A stretch of DNA of 64,000 nucleotides. Origin: a virus (taxonomy: Duplodnaviria; Caudoviricetes). The stretch covers positions 1-64,000 of the IMG/VR virus record IMGVR_UViG_3300028602_000002, one strand, 5' to 3'. The notes below the pieces were generated by a model, which was not told the origin of the DNA, did not search any database, and was given only the letters and a program-made list of their open reading frames with translations. The position numbers were made by a program, and so were the translations under genes. Shown one piece after another: positions 43,814-54,870 of the stretch; the stretch's first letter is position 1, and the number at the start of each line of letters is the position of its first letter.

Positions 43814-45508
43814 ATGGGTACATATTTTGAAACTATTAAGAAACCCCAAGTAATTACTGAAGATATGTTAGAAAAACATATGGACACTCTGGTTGAATAT
43901 CTTTCGTTTTTTAGAGCTTACCCAGATATCTTTATAGACATGATTTCAGAAGAAGATTGTCCATTCTCTTTATTTTTCTATCAGCGTCTTTTTTTAAGAA
44001 TAGTATTTAGATATAAATATGTTTATGTTACGTTTACAAGAGCATTTTCCAAATCTTTTTTATCAATATTAGCTTTATACTTGAAATGTATGTTCTATCC
44101 AGGTATTAAATTATTCATTTGTGCGGGTGGAAAAGAACAAGCGGCAGATATTGCTAAAGAAAAGGTAGATGAAATTTGGGAATGGTGGCCTTGTTTAGAG
44201 AATGAAATAGCAAAAATACACAGAGAAAAAGATTATATTAAACTACTATTTAAAAATGGTAGTCGTTTAGATATTTTACCTGTAAAGGATTCTGCTAGAG
44301 GTAAAAGAAGACATGGAGGCCTTATAGATGAGGTTATCCTTGTTGACGGAGAAGTCTTAAATAAAGTAATTATTCCCACTATGAACGTTGATAGGTTGGC
44401 AAAATGTGGTGGAATTGACCCAGAGGAAAATCATAAATCTCAAATTTATGTAACAACTGCTGGGCATAAGAACTCTTTTGCTTATGATAAAATGATTCAA
44501 ACTATCATTTGGATGATAGTAAAAGGAAATGCTTTTGTTTTTGGTGGAGATTGGAGAGTTCCTGTAATGCATGGATTATTAAGTCCAGATTTCATAGAAG
44601 AACTAAAAGAGGATGGAACATATAACGATATGTCATTCTCTAGTGAATATGAAAGTATCTGGGAAGGAGTAGTTAGAGATGCTTTCTTTAATCCTGAAAT
44701 GTTTGATAGATACAGAACTTTACAATTAGCTGAAACAGAAGCAAAATTAAGTGAAGGAACAGAATCATTTTATATTATGGGAGTAGACGTTGCGAGATTA
44801 AAAGCTCAAACCGCTATTCAGATTCTTAAAGTAACCAAAAGACCAGGCGGATATTATAAGTCTTTGGTTAATACATTTGTACATGAAAATCGACATTTTC
44901 TTCCTCAAGCTATTGATATTAAAAAGAAAGCGTTAGACTTTAATGTTAAAGCTATAGCGATAGATATTAGTGGTTTGGGAGCTGGTTTATTAGATTTTCT
45001 ATTAATTGAAAATCAGGATGATTTAATGGAGATAGTTTACCCTCCAATGTCTGTTGTTAACTATAATGATTATGATAGTTATAAGCGACCACATTCTCTT
45101 CCATTAATTTATGGAATCAAACCTAATGATGAATTAAATAGTCAAATGTATGTGAACTGTTTAAGTCAATTTAATAGTGGAAAGATAAAGTTATTAATTG
45201 ATGAAAAAACAGCTAAAACAAAATTATTGAATACTAAAGCGGGAAGAGATATGAGTGGAGAACAGAAAGCTAGATATTTAGTTCCTTACACTTACACTTC
45301 TATATTAAAACAAGAAATGATGAATTTAAAACAAAAAGTAGAAGAAAGCAGAAGTAGTAAATTATTAAAATTAGAAGAGGTTCAAAAGAAAGGTAAGGAT
45401 AAATTTAGTGCTTTTATTTACGCTTTATGGTACACTAAGTTAATGGAAGATAATATGATTAGACAAAGACGAAAAATGAAAGCTACAGACTTTGTATTCT
45501 TTAATTAA
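43814..45508 (+). CDS. terL: terminase large subunit
   Basis: TRAFSKS Walker-A-like, LIDE Walker B, GVDVAR RNase H-like nuclease, KDKFSA. Confidence 0.9.
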   Translation: MGTYFETIKKPQVITEDMLEKHMDTLVEYLSFFRAYPDIFIDMISEEDCPFSLFFYQRLFLRIVFRYKYVYVTFTRAFSKSFLSILALYLKCMFYPGIKLFICAGGKEQAADIAKEKVDEIWEWWPCLENEIAKIHREKDYIKLLFKNGSRLDILPVKDSARGKRRHGGLIDEVILVDGEVLNKVIIPTMNVDRLAKCGGIDPEENHKSQIYVTTAGHKNSFAYDKMIQTIIWMIVKGNAFVFGGDWRVPVMHGLLSPDFIEELKEDGTYNDMSFSSEYESIWEGVVRDAFFNPEMFDRYRTLQLAETEAKLSEGTESFYIMGVDVARLKAQTAIQILKVTKRPGGYYKSLVNTFVHENRHFLPQAIDIKKKALDFNVKAIAIDISGLGAGLLDFLLIENQDDLMEIVYPPMSVVNYNDYDSYKRPHSLPLIYGIKPNDELNSQMYVNCLSQFNSGKIKLLIDEKTAKTKLLNTKAGRDMSGEQKARYLVPYTYTSILKQEMMNLKQKVEESRSSKLLKLEEVQKKGKDKFSAFIYALWYTKLMEDNMIRQRRKMKATDFVFFN

Positions 45509-45541
45509 AAGGAGAAAATAGCAAGAAAGGAGGGGGAGAAG

Positions 45542-47023
45542 ATTAGAAGATTACATCCTGATCGACAGTTACAGTTGAATAAAATGAGACAGAATGAGAC
45601 ACTTAACTTTGGAAAGTTTAGAGATGACTTACTTCCATTAGCTAAGGACTTAACAGCAGAATTTAGATATACTGCTGATGACGTGTTGAGAATTATTCAA
45701 TCTGATGACTATGCAAGAATTAGGGAAGTATCAAATTATTTCTATACAGTTAGTGGAATCTATAAAAGAATTGTTTGGTTATTTTCTTCTATGTTTAATT
45801 TTGATAATTTAATTATTCCACATATGTATGGGAAAAGTGTTCCTGAGAATAAACTTATTAAAGATTTTCAACAAGCTATGTCATTTATTGATTCCTTAAA
45901 TTTGAAACAATTATTAAAAGATGTTACATTTTTTGTGTTTAAGGAAGGCGCTTATTATGGCTACTTAAGAGATGATCATAAGGAGCCGACAATTCAGCAG
46001 CTTCCAATAAATTATTGTCGTAGCAAATATAAGACCGGTGGTAGAAATGTAGTTGAATTTAATCTTACATATTTTGATAGAGAATATTTAACTACTGAAG
46101 ATAGGCAACAAGCATTAAAAATGTTTCCTAAAGAACTTAGAGCTTTCTATAAGAAGTATAAGTTAGGAACCTTGAACGTTGGTAAGATGGAGAGAGAATG
46201 GGTTCTCTTAGATGTTGATAGAGCAATTTGTTTAAAGTTTCCTGATGCTAAACCATTCTTCATAGGTGCCATTATAGATTTAATTGAATTAAGAGAGTAT
46301 AAAAGAATAGAGATGGAAAGAGATAAATTAGCTTTATTCTTACTTTTAATTCAAAAAATCCCAATGACCAAAGAAGGAGAAATGGTTTTTGATGTTACAG
46401 AGGCTAAAGAGCTTCATAAGAATGCCCTTAAAATGTTAGAAAAGAATGAGAATGTTGATGTTCTTACTACTTTTGCTGACATGGAACTATTAAATCTACA
46501 AGAATCAAGACAAGTTATGCGGGATAATTTACAGAAAGCTGAAAGAGGAGTATTTAATGAAACTGGTGTAAGTAGAATGTTATTTGCAACAGAAGGTAAT
46601 ATTTCTTTAGAGAAAGCTATAAGAAGTAATGAAGCTATTGTTAGATACTTGACAGAATTATATTCTGTTTGGTTGACACATATCACTAATTTAATTGTTA
46701 AACCTGGTTCTAAATATTCTTTTGAAGTTTGGTTGCCTCCAATAACTATCTTTAATGAGAAAGAGATGGCAGATAAATATATCAAACAAGCTACTTTGGG
46801 TTATTCAAAACTTCTCCCTGGAATAGTAGGTGGATTAAAACAAAGTTCTTTATTAAATCTGTTAACTTTTGAGAATCAGATGTTATCATTAAATGATGTC
46901 ATGATTCCTTTAAAGTCTACTCACACTCAAAGTGATGATAGTGATGAAGATGGAGGGAGACCACCTAAAGATCCAGAAGAAAAAACAGAGGAAACTATTG
47001 ACAAAGAAGAAGGACAAGAGTAA
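45542..47023 (+). CDS. portal protein (start uncertain; ATT at 45542 has the best RBS)
   Basis: follows terL; SGIY.R, QLP..YC and C-terminal GGRP motifs. Confidence 0.8.
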   Translation: MRRLHPDRQLQLNKMRQNETLNFGKFRDDLLPLAKDLTAEFRYTADDVLRIIQSDDYARIREVSNYFYTVSGIYKRIVWLFSSMFNFDNLIIPHMYGKSVPENKLIKDFQQAMSFIDSLNLKQLLKDVTFFVFKEGAYYGYLRDDHKEPTIQQLPINYCRSKYKTGGRNVVEFNLTYFDREYLTTEDRQQALKMFPKELRAFYKKYKLGTLNVGKMEREWVLLDVDRAICLKFPDAKPFFIGAIIDLIELREYKRIEMERDKLALFLLLIQKIPMTKEGEMVFDVTEAKELHKNALKMLEKNENVDVLTTFADMELLNLQESRQVMRDNLQKAERGVFNETGVSRMLFATEGNISLEKAIRSNEAIVRYLTELYSVWLTHITNLIVKPGSKYSFEVWLPPITIFNEKEMADKYIKQATLGYSKLLPGIVGGLKQSSLLNLLTFENQMLSLNDVMIPLKSTHTQSDDSDEDGGRPPKDPEEKTEETIDKEEGQE

Positions 47024-47035
47024 GGAGGTGAATCA

Positions 47036-48481
47036 ATGGGTAAGTTAGTAGTGCCATCTCCTGATATAAGGCAGATAACAAGATTTAATATTTCTATTGA
47101 TCAGGTAGAAGAAATTAATCCCTTGTTTTCTAAATGTTTTATTAAAGTTTTATATACAGGACTGAACCGCAATAAAGTTTTAATAGAAAAAGAAGTAGCA
47201 GAAGAGATGGCTAAGACATTATATAATATACCTATTGTAGGAGAGTATGTAGAAAAAATTGAAGATTTCAAAGATCATGGTGGAAAGATTGAGATTGAAG
47301 ATGATGAGATTGAATTTATCCATACTACAAAGCCATATGGTGTGATACCTTTTAACACGGATATTAAGTGGATGCAGATTACAGAAAAAGATGGAACAGT
47401 TAATGATTATTTAACTTGTTGGGGCTATCTATGGACTGGTCGTTATCCCGAAGTTAAAAGAGTTATTGAAGAAGGTAACCCTCAATCAATGGAATTAGAT
47501 GAAGAGACTTTGGAAGGTCAGTGGATTAAAGAAGGTCCTACAGTATATTTCAAGATTACGAAAGCAGTTTTTTCTGCTCTGGCAATCCTTGGAGAAAAGG
47601 TTCCTCCTGCTTTTGAATCTGCTTCTATTAGTGCTTATATGTTGAATGAAACTGAGTTTAATAAAAAGTTTTCTAGAATGATGAAAGAATTAAAAGAGTC
47701 GATTCCTGAACATGATGGGAAAAAAGTAGTTAATTTTTCTCAAAAGGATGATTCTTTAGAATCTAATGAAGGAGGTAAGATAATGGGTGATGAATTAAAA
47801 AATAGTAAAGTTATCCTTGCTTTTGAACTTAGCCATGATGATATAAGGAGTAAACTTTATGAAAAAATTCAACCTAAAGATGATGAAGGATATATGGAGT
47901 GGAGATATTCAATTCATGATGTGTATGACAATAGAGCTATTGTTTATGACCACCAAGAGAATAAACATTATAGACAGTACTACACAAAAGGTGAAAATGA
48001 TATCGCTTTAGGTGAGAAGGTTGAAGTGGTGATTAAAGATTTGACTATCCAAGAAGAACAGCAGTTGAACCAAGTTAAGGAAGATTTAAATACTGCTCAA
48101 GCTAATTATACTAAACTAGAAGAGGAAACTAATGAATTAAAAGAAAATAAAGAACTTTATGAATCTACTAAGGAAGAATTAGAAGGCTTAAGGAACTTTA
48201 AGCAGAGTATTGAGAAAGAAGAGAAGGAAAAAGTTATCACAAAGTTTGCTTCTATTTTGGCAGATGAAGATTTGGCAGAATGTAAAGAAAAAATTAATGA
48301 ATTTAGTAAAGATGATATAGAAGCTAAGTTATCAGTTATTGCTGTTCGTAAAAATGTCTCTTTCTCAAAAGCAACCGATGATGGAGGAGAAGAACCTGAT
48401 TTAGTTCCTGAACCAAATAATAACGATGATACTCCAGGTTGGATAAAAATCGTTAAAGAACACAAAAAAGATGATGCTTAA
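47036..48481 (+). CDS. prohead protease/scaffold protein
   Basis: G.NRN, PIVGE, QSMEL and PAFE.A protease-like motifs; coiled-coil C-terminus. Confidence 0.8.
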   Translation: MGKLVVPSPDIRQITRFNISIDQVEEINPLFSKCFIKVLYTGLNRNKVLIEKEVAEEMAKTLYNIPIVGEYVEKIEDFKDHGGKIEIEDDEIEFIHTTKPYGVIPFNTDIKWMQITEKDGTVNDYLTCWGYLWTGRYPEVKRVIEEGNPQSMELDEETLEGQWIKEGPTVYFKITKAVFSALAILGEKVPPAFESASISAYMLNETEFNKKFSRMMKELKESIPEHDGKKVVNFSQKDDSLESNEGGKIMGDELKNSKVILAFELSHDDIRSKLYEKIQPKDDEGYMEWRYSIHDVYDNRAIVYDHQENKHYRQYYTKGENDIALGEKVEVVIKDLTIQEEQQLNQVKEDLNTAQANYTKLEEETNELKENKELYESTKEELEGLRNFKQSIEKEEKEKVITKFASILADEDLAECKEKINEFSKDDIEAKLSVIAVRKNVSFSKATDDGGEEPDLVPEPNNNDDTPGWIKIVKEHKKDDA

Positions 48482-48528
48482 ATCAGTGATTGAGCACCAG
48501 GCGAAAAAAATATAAGGAGGAATTTTGA

Positions 48529-49086
48529 ATGGGTTTATTAAAACAACTTAATGGAAATAAGTATTCTGTTGTTGAAGCTAATTTCTTAGCTGCTAGAAGA
48601 ACAGGGCATGTAAAGGCGCAATTACCATTAAATCCAGATGTATTCAGTCAAAATGTTAAGGCAGAAAATGGTATGTTATTAAAGTATGATACTGTGAATG
48701 GTTATGTAACTAAACCAGCTGACAAAAATACTATGGTAATGCTTCATTTCTCTGTTGAGAAAGAATATGATAGTCTTAGACCTGGATTAAATACTTTTGC
48801 TTTAGCACCGGGAGAATTTTATCCAAGATTATTTGGTCTATCTTTAGGTGACACATGGACAACTGATGCTGTGGAATTTAGTGGAGCTACTTCAGATGCT
48901 GAAATTTTAGCTGCTTATGAAGCTGTTTCTAAAGGGGACATTTTCTGTGTTAACGACGATGGCTTCTTACAGGAACAAGCAGCTGGAAATGCTATTGCCT
49001 GCGTAGTAGTAGATAACGAAGCAACACTACCAAATGGTGGAAAAGCTTTAAAATTTGAAGTTGTTCAAGTTGGTCCTATTGCTTAG
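48529..49086 (+). CDS. head decoration/capsid-associated protein
   Basis: between scaffold and capsid; ENGM motif. Confidence 0.65.
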   Translation: MGLLKQLNGNKYSVVEANFLAARRTGHVKAQLPLNPDVFSQNVKAENGMLLKYDTVNGYVTKPADKNTMVMLHFSVEKEYDSLRPGLNTFALAPGEFYPRLFGLSLGDTWTTDAVEFSGATSDAEILAAYEAVSKGDIFCVNDDGFLQEQAAGNAIACVVVDNEATLPNGGKALKFEVVQVGPIA

Positions 49087-49142
49087 TAAATAAGTAATAT
49101 ATTAGAATAAAAAGGAAATAAAAATAATAAGGAGGATTTTAA

Positions 49143-50210
49143 ATGGGTAGAGAATTAAAAGACCTTAAAGTGTTAGCAAAGCAAGTTGCTAGAAAACAAC
49201 CACCTGCTAATTATACACAACAAGATGTAGAAAAAGCTTTTCGCGCTGAGTTAAGAGAACTAGCTAAGGATTATAATGCCTATAGACGTAATAAATTAAC
49301 TATCTTTGAATTGATCCAAGATGTCGTAGATGAGGTTTTACCAAATAGAGTGATTGATGCTATCGGTAGATTTGGAGAAGTTAGACAATTTGCTCAAGGT
49401 CAAAAGCCTATCTTTAGAGCACAGTTAGGGAAGCATAGATATAAGAAGTTTATTACACAGGTTGGTTTAAGTGGTGTGTATGAAGTAGGTAGACTAGATA
49501 GTGAATATATCGAAGTACCAGTTCGTGCATACGGTGGAGCAGCTTTAATTGAATTAGAAAGATACTTAGATGGAATTGAAAACATTGATGAATTAATGGA
49601 TATTATTGTTCAAGGTTTAGAAGATTCCGTTTATAAAGAAGTTATGGATGCTCTATTAGCAAATGTGGCGAATATGCCTACTCCAAACGTAGTTAGTACA
49701 CCTACTTTTGACGCTGAAGAGATGGTTAAGTTAATCAATATCTGCCGTGCTTACGGTGGTAATGCCAATATCTTCTGCCCACCTGAATTTGCTGCTACAG
49801 TCACTCCATCAGCTGGTTTCCATCCTGATATTCTACAAAGATATGCAGGAAGTACTGTAGAACAAGATGAAATGAGAACTCAAGGACATATTGGAGTTTT
49901 CAGAGGTGGTAGAGTAATTGTATTACCTCAGAGTTTTGAAGATGTTAATAACATGGAAAAGGTAATCAACCCTGGTTTAGCTTATGTTATTCCAAGTGGT
50001 GGTAATGCAGATGAAAAAATTGCTAAAGTTGCTATGGAAGGAAATGCTATTGTTGATGATTATAAAAATGCTGATCGTAGTATGGAAATCCAAGTTTACA
50101 AAAAGTTTGGTGTGGCAATTTTAACAAGTAATTACTACTGCATGTATCAGAACTTAGAAGCTTATACTGAAGATGATGGTTGGTCTGATGAACCTATCGT
50201 AGGTTCGTAA
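49143..50210 (+). CDS. major capsid protein
   Basis: position, 355 aa, strong RBS, terminator downstream. Confidence 0.85.
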   Translation: MGRELKDLKVLAKQVARKQPPANYTQQDVEKAFRAELRELAKDYNAYRRNKLTIFELIQDVVDEVLPNRVIDAIGRFGEVRQFAQGQKPIFRAQLGKHRYKKFITQVGLSGVYEVGRLDSEYIEVPVRAYGGAALIELERYLDGIENIDELMDIIVQGLEDSVYKEVMDALLANVANMPTPNVVSTPTFDAEEMVKLINICRAYGGNANIFCPPEFAATVTPSAGFHPDILQRYAGSTVEQDEMRTQGHIGVFRGGRVIVLPQSFEDVNNMEKVINPGLAYVIPSGGNADEKIAKVAMEGNAIVDDYKNADRSMEIQVYKKFGVAILTSNYYCMYQNLEAYTEDDGWSDEPIVGS

Positions 50211-50236
50211 GATAGGACTAATGAAAAGAATTTATT

Positions 50237-50266
50237 AAGGGAGGGTATTTAAAATACTCTCCCTTA
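50237..50266 (+). terminator. terminator after the capsid gene
   Basis: AAGGGAGGGTA/TACTCTCCCTT hairpin. Confidence 0.7.
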
Positions 50267-50304
50267 CAATAAAAGAATCTTAAAGAAAATAAGGAGGTTT
50301 TTCC

Positions 50305-50787
50305 ATGAAAAAGGAGAATAAAGTTTCTGTAGAAAGCGTTGCTAGAGGTGTAGTAGCATATCGAGTTGAAGGAACTAATATTAAGAGACGTTGGCATAAG
50401 CCTGGTATTGTTAAAAAGATTAGTATTGATGAATTAGAAAATCTTTTAGCTGGTCCAGGTGGTGAATTATTGCTAACGAGATTTTTATTGGTTCGTGATA
50501 TTCCAGCTCGTGAGTATTTAGGACTACCCGTTCATGAGGAAGCAATGATGAATGATGAAAAAATGCGTAAAGTATTGAATGGAACAGCCGCTGAACTGAA
50601 AGAAGTTGTTCCTAAGATGTATATTGAGAATGTAAAACGACTGGCTGAATTAGCAATTGAAATGGAAATTGATAATATGTCTAAAATCAATTATCTAAAA
50701 GAAAAATCTGGTATTGATGTTTATAAAGGCATCCAAGAGAAGAAGGAAAAAGAGCAGGGGAAAGATGGTCCTGTTAAAACAGGGTAA
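50305..50787 (+). CDS. head-associated hypothetical protein
   Basis: position after the capsid gene. Confidence 0.65.
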   Translation: MKKENKVSVESVARGVVAYRVEGTNIKRRWHKPGIVKKISIDELENLLAGPGGELLLTRFLLVRDIPAREYLGLPVHEEAMMNDEKMRKVLNGTAAELKEVVPKMYIENVKRLAELAIEMEIDNMSKINYLKEKSGIDVYKGIQEKKEKEQGKDGPVKTG

Positions 50788-50802
50788 GGGAGGGACAACA
50801 AT

Positions 50803-51249
50803 ATGAGTACTCCCTATCAAATAGTTTATGATGCTTTCTTTTCTAAGATTAGGGATAGTTTTTTCTTAGAAATTATAGAAGAAGAAAAAGATATAGAATT
50901 ATTGTCTCTCTTAAATCAGGCAATTCCAGAATTTAAATACCCTAAAGTGGATTTAGAAGATAGGAATGAAACATCTCAACAATTTAATGAGACATTAACT
51001 AATGCTGAAGTCCAAATTATTTCTGAAGCTATGAAATTAAAATGGATTGAGCAGAAAATCAACGATGAAGAGTTGATTAAAATGCAATTCAGTGATCATG
51101 ACTATTCTCTAATGTCTCAAGCAGCTCATCTATTTCGTCTTATAACCAATCAAAGGGAAATAGAATTAAAGTTAAAGAAGATGCAAGACAGGTATTCTTT
51201 AGTCAAGGATAGAAAGCCTGATTTTAGCGGACTAGCAGGAGGAGGTTAA
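50803..51249 (+). CDS. putative head-tail adaptor
   Basis: TPY..VYDAFF.KI.D, F...LT..E..I...M...W and SQA.HL pattern; position. Confidence 0.6.
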   Translation: MSTPYQIVYDAFFSKIRDSFFLEIIEEEKDIELLSLLNQAIPEFKYPKVDLEDRNETSQQFNETLTNAEVQIISEAMKLKWIEQKINDEELIKMQFSDHDYSLMSQAAHLFRLITNQREIELKLKKMQDRYSLVKDRKPDFSGLAGGG

Positions 51250-51255
51250 AGGATA

Positions 51256-51768
51256 ATGAAATACCAGATTTTGGTAGAGCAGCAATTTTTAGACAACTGG
51301 TTAAAAAAGTTTGATGAATGGAAAAATCATAGCACCAGTTCTAAGTCTGATGTAGAATTTTTATCTACATTAATAGAAAACTTACTTTTAACAATGGATA
51401 AAAATAAGGTTATAGTAGGGAAGTATAACAATATAGATTTTGAAGTTTATAATGGATATATTAATTATCTTAAAAACCAAATCTATAAACTTCTTCCTTT
51501 ATTAGAAGAGAGAGGGGAATGGAGAAAGCACTTAGATACAATCATTAATGAAATTACGGGGGCTAATGAAATCTTTCTTCACACAATTAACTTTGTTAGT
51601 TTGTTAAGTAAGTTGGAAACTTTGAAAAAATGTCCTGACTTTCCATCGTCAATGACAGAGAAAGAGATAAAAAAACAGCCAGAGTTTGTATTGTTTAGAA
51701 AAACAATTTTTGAAAGCATGAATATTGCTGAGAATTTAACTCTGGCAGGTGATGTGAATGGTGAATAA
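51256..51768 (+). CDS. neck-region hypothetical protein
   Basis: position in the structural operon. Confidence 0.6.
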   Translation: MKYQILVEQQFLDNWLKKFDEWKNHSTSSKSDVEFLSTLIENLLLTMDKNKVIVGKYNNIDFEVYNGYINYLKNQIYKLLPLLEERGEWRKHLDTIINEITGANEIFLHTINFVSLLSKLETLKKCPDFPSSMTEKEIKKQPEFVLFRKTIFESMNIAENLTLAGDVNGE

Positions 51769-52732
51769 CTATTTTGATACTGCTTATAAAAGTCGAGTTG
51801 AATTCCGTGGTGTTTCTAAAAAAGATAAAATTGTTAATGAAGGCATTCGCAACTTTGAAAGATATTTAGCCACAGCTGCTACTAAAGAAACTATTATTTT
51901 TGGATATGATGAAATAGAGGTTTCTATACAGACAAGTAGCCAAGATGAAGTTGGACAGAGATATGAAAAACTCATGTTGGCACCTTTGGAGAGTGGGCTT
52001 GATGTAGGAGATGTTTTTTTATGGAATGATTCTCCTTGGTTGTTTTTAACTAAAGTGCAATTAAGTATTCCTACTCACATAAAGGGAAAGATACGAGAAT
52101 GTAATCATATTCTTAAATGGTATAGTGGTGGAGAATTATTAGAAGTTCCCGCCCATGTTATTACCAATAGAGGTTTAGGAGTCAGTGAAGGAACTTCCCA
52201 AGGTATTATATCAATAGAACCATCTTTAGTTTCTTTGGCTATTGTCCCTCTTACAGAAGAAACTAAAACTATAAAACGAGAACAAAGATTTATTACCAGT
52301 GGGCAGGCTTGGAGAGTTACTAGTATTGATGATACTTCTGTCGAGAAATTAAGATTGATCACCATGAAAGAAGATATTGTTGATATGGCTAAAGATAAAC
52401 CTGATGATCAAGTTGCTAATGTTTATATTGCTGACGAAGAAACAGGGAAAGTTACAGTAGATGGCGTTGAATATTTAGTAGAAGGTGAATCAACAATTAG
52501 TTGGAATCAATTCGCCAATTATAGTGCAAAAATAGATGGTGAATTAGCTGAAGATATAGAATTTCAGATTAGTGATATTAAATTGGCTGGATTTGTGAGC
52601 GAGCCAGATGATAATCCTGTTCAAATTTTCGCTAATAATAAAGGATTAATTGGAACTTTTAAATTAATAGTTCCTTTTACTGCTGAAATAATTGTAAGCA
52701 AAACTATTAAAGTAGTTAGCTTATGGGGATAA
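51758..52732 (+). CDS. putative head-closure/neck protein
   Basis: GD.F.W...WL, CN..LKW and RFI...AW.V motifs. Confidence 0.6.
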   Translation: MVNNYFDTAYKSRVEFRGVSKKDKIVNEGIRNFERYLATAATKETIIFGYDEIEVSIQTSSQDEVGQRYEKLMLAPLESGLDVGDVFLWNDSPWLFLTKVQLSIPTHIKGKIRECNHILKWYSGGELLEVPAHVITNRGLGVSEGTSQGIISIEPSLVSLAIVPLTEETKTIKREQRFITSGQAWRVTSIDDTSVEKLRLITMKEDIVDMAKDKPDDQVANVYIADEETGKVTVDGVEYLVEGESTISWNQFANYSAKIDGELAEDIEFQISDIKLAGFVSEPDDNPVQIFANNKGLIGTFKLIVPFTAEIIVSKTIKVVSLWG

Positions 52733-52744
52733 AGGAGTGATATT

Positions 52745-53302
52745 ATGGGAGAAGTAGGAAGATTCTCTGAATTAGGAATTTTACTAAGGAAGATTACTAG
52801 TTATTTAACTGATGTGAAAAATCCTGATGAGAAGTTTTCAAATGCCGCTAAAGATCTGTGTAAGTTATTATACTACACAGAAACTAATCCATTACAGCAA
52901 CCGATGGGACAGCCACTCAATCCAGAAAGACCTAGACCAGAATTTAATGATTTAAAAGATGTTAGAGATCATATTATAAATCAAAGAATTCTTTTAGTTC
53001 CACGGATTCCAGCTCCTGAAGAGCGTGGTGGATTTGTAGTTGTTATGATAGGTAATTTCTCTTTAAGTGAAAATAAGCAATTTAAGGTAAATAGACTTAT
53101 CTTTGATGTGTTAGCTCATCATGATAATTGGTTGTTAGATGATAATTTAAGACCTTTTGTTTTAATGCAACAGATTGATACGATTTTTAATAATCGTAAA
53201 CTATCTATTGGAAGGGTGGAGTTTAAAACTGCTGATGCTATTGTTTTAGCTCCGCATATTTTAGGTTATCAGTTGGTGTATAGCGATGTTACCTTTAACT
53301 AA
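52745..53302 (+). CDS. putative tail terminator
   Basis: position; R...L...ID..FN pattern. Confidence 0.55.
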   Translation: MGEVGRFSELGILLRKITSYLTDVKNPDEKFSNAAKDLCKLLYYTETNPLQQPMGQPLNPERPRPEFNDLKDVRDHIINQRILLVPRIPAPEERGGFVVVMIGNFSLSENKQFKVNRLIFDVLAHHDNWLLDDNLRPFVLMQQIDTIFNNRKLSIGRVEFKTADAIVLAPHILGYQLVYSDVTFN

Positions 53303-54047
53303 TGAGGATAAAAAAGCTCGTAGTTTATGTGGTCTTCCTATTCCTGTTGCTGGTATAGATATTCATCCTTTAAAACTAGTAGATGTGTTAACTATAGGAG
53401 AAAATTTATATCACTACTATTTAACAACCATTGTTATGCTTAAAAAAATGATGGAAATACAATCTAATTTGACAGCCGAAGAACTTGTAGAGATTGATGA
53501 ATTTGCTTTATTATTATATTTAGCACAGCATCACCCTTCTTTTATTCAAGAAATTAAAAGAGCTATTGAATATTTCTTGAAACCAAATAGACAAATTATT
53601 TTTGATGTAGAGAAAGCTAAAATATTTGTTTATGAGATAGAAGAAGGAGAAAGAATATTAGTTGGGTATTTCGACAAGAATAGTTATGATGAATTTATTG
53701 GTGTAATAAAACACCAAAATTATGTTGGAGTAGATGAAACTGAAGACGAAAGACCAGCTGATGAAGCTACTAGGATATTATTAGAGCAAAGGAAAAAAGC
53801 AAGAGAAGCTGTTGCTAAAGCTAAGGGAGAACAAGGTGAAAAACTTTCTTTAGCTGATTATATTTCTATAATAAATGCCAAGTCGTTAAATGTTAAAGCT
53901 GATTTTTTGAATGTTACTGTCTATAGTTTTTATAATTACTTAGAAAGATTAATGATTATTGAAAACTATGATGTAACATTACGACAAATATTAGCAGGAG
54001 TTGATCCTAAAAAAGTAAAATTGAAACATTGGGCGACTAAGTTATAA
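53286..54047 (+). CDS. tail-region protein (possible assembly chaperone)
   Basis: position; LAG.D...K.KHW C-terminus. Confidence 0.55.
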   Translation: MLPLTNEDKKARSLCGLPIPVAGIDIHPLKLVDVLTIGENLYHYYLTTIVMLKKMMEIQSNLTAEELVEIDEFALLLYLAQHHPSFIQEIKRAIEYFLKPNRQIIFDVEKAKIFVYEIEEGERILVGYFDKNSYDEFIGVIKHQNYVGVDETEDERPADEATRILLEQRKKAREAVAKAKGEQGEKLSLADYISIINAKSLNVKADFLNVTVYSFYNYLERLMIIENYDVTLRQILAGVDPKKVKLKHWATKL

Positions 54048-54083
54048 AAGGAGAAAACTTTAAATAAGGAGGAGACTTAACCT

Positions 54084-54845
54084 ATGGGTGATAAATTTGG
54101 TGTGAAGGAAGTTATGAACGTAACTTTTTACGACTTAGTATCATGGCAGCCATCTTTATACATTGACACACTAAAGCTATCTAACTTAGAAAATACTGCT
54201 GAACAAAGTATGGCTCGTGGGGGAGTAGGTAACCCTATTCTTTTAACATGGGACTATAATAGAGAAGCTAATTTTGAAGTTCAAGATGCTTTAATGACAA
54301 TGAAATCTCTATCAATGCTAGCCGGTACTCAGTTAAAGACTGATGAAGATACTATTCTTCATATGAGAGAGATTTTAGAAGTTAGTGCGACAGATGATAT
54401 AACTCTTTCTCAGACTCCTTTAGATGGCGATGAAACTGATAAATTGTTTATCTATAAGGATGACGATGATAGTGGCACTCCATTAGTAATTAATGATATT
54501 ACTGGAAAAGTAGTAAGCTTAGACTATGGGGAGCAAGTAGAAGAGGGAGATAAAGTAGTAGTTTACTATCCATATGAAACAGATGCTTTAACTGAAAGAC
54601 CTCAAATTGTGACAATTACATCTGAGGATTTCCCTGGCTATTATAGAGTTGTTGGTGATACTGTGGTTAGAAATGCTAGAACTGGCTTGGATGAAAAATT
54701 CCAGCTTATTGTGGAAAGAGCTAAGATTATGCCTGGATTTACTGTTTCAATGCAGGCTGAAGGTGATCCTGCTGTGTTTGATATGAACCTAATGGTTTTC
54801 AAACCAGTAGATAAAACAGAAATGATCAAAATGGTAAAATACTAA
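54084..54845 (+). CDS. major tail tube protein
   Basis: FGVKEV.NV, DTLK.S, RGG.GN and AEGDP..F motifs; terminator follows. Confidence 0.8.
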   Translation: MGDKFGVKEVMNVTFYDLVSWQPSLYIDTLKLSNLENTAEQSMARGGVGNPILLTWDYNREANFEVQDALMTMKSLSMLAGTQLKTDEDTILHMREILEVSATDDITLSQTPLDGDETDKLFIYKDDDDSGTPLVINDITGKVVSLDYGEQVEEGDKVVVYYPYETDALTERPQIVTITSEDFPGYYRVVGDTVVRNARTGLDEKFQLIVERAKIMPGFTVSMQAEGDPAVFDMNLMVFKPVDKTEMIKMVKY

Positions 54846-54870
54846 AACACAGCTTATTTGAAAGTGTATT

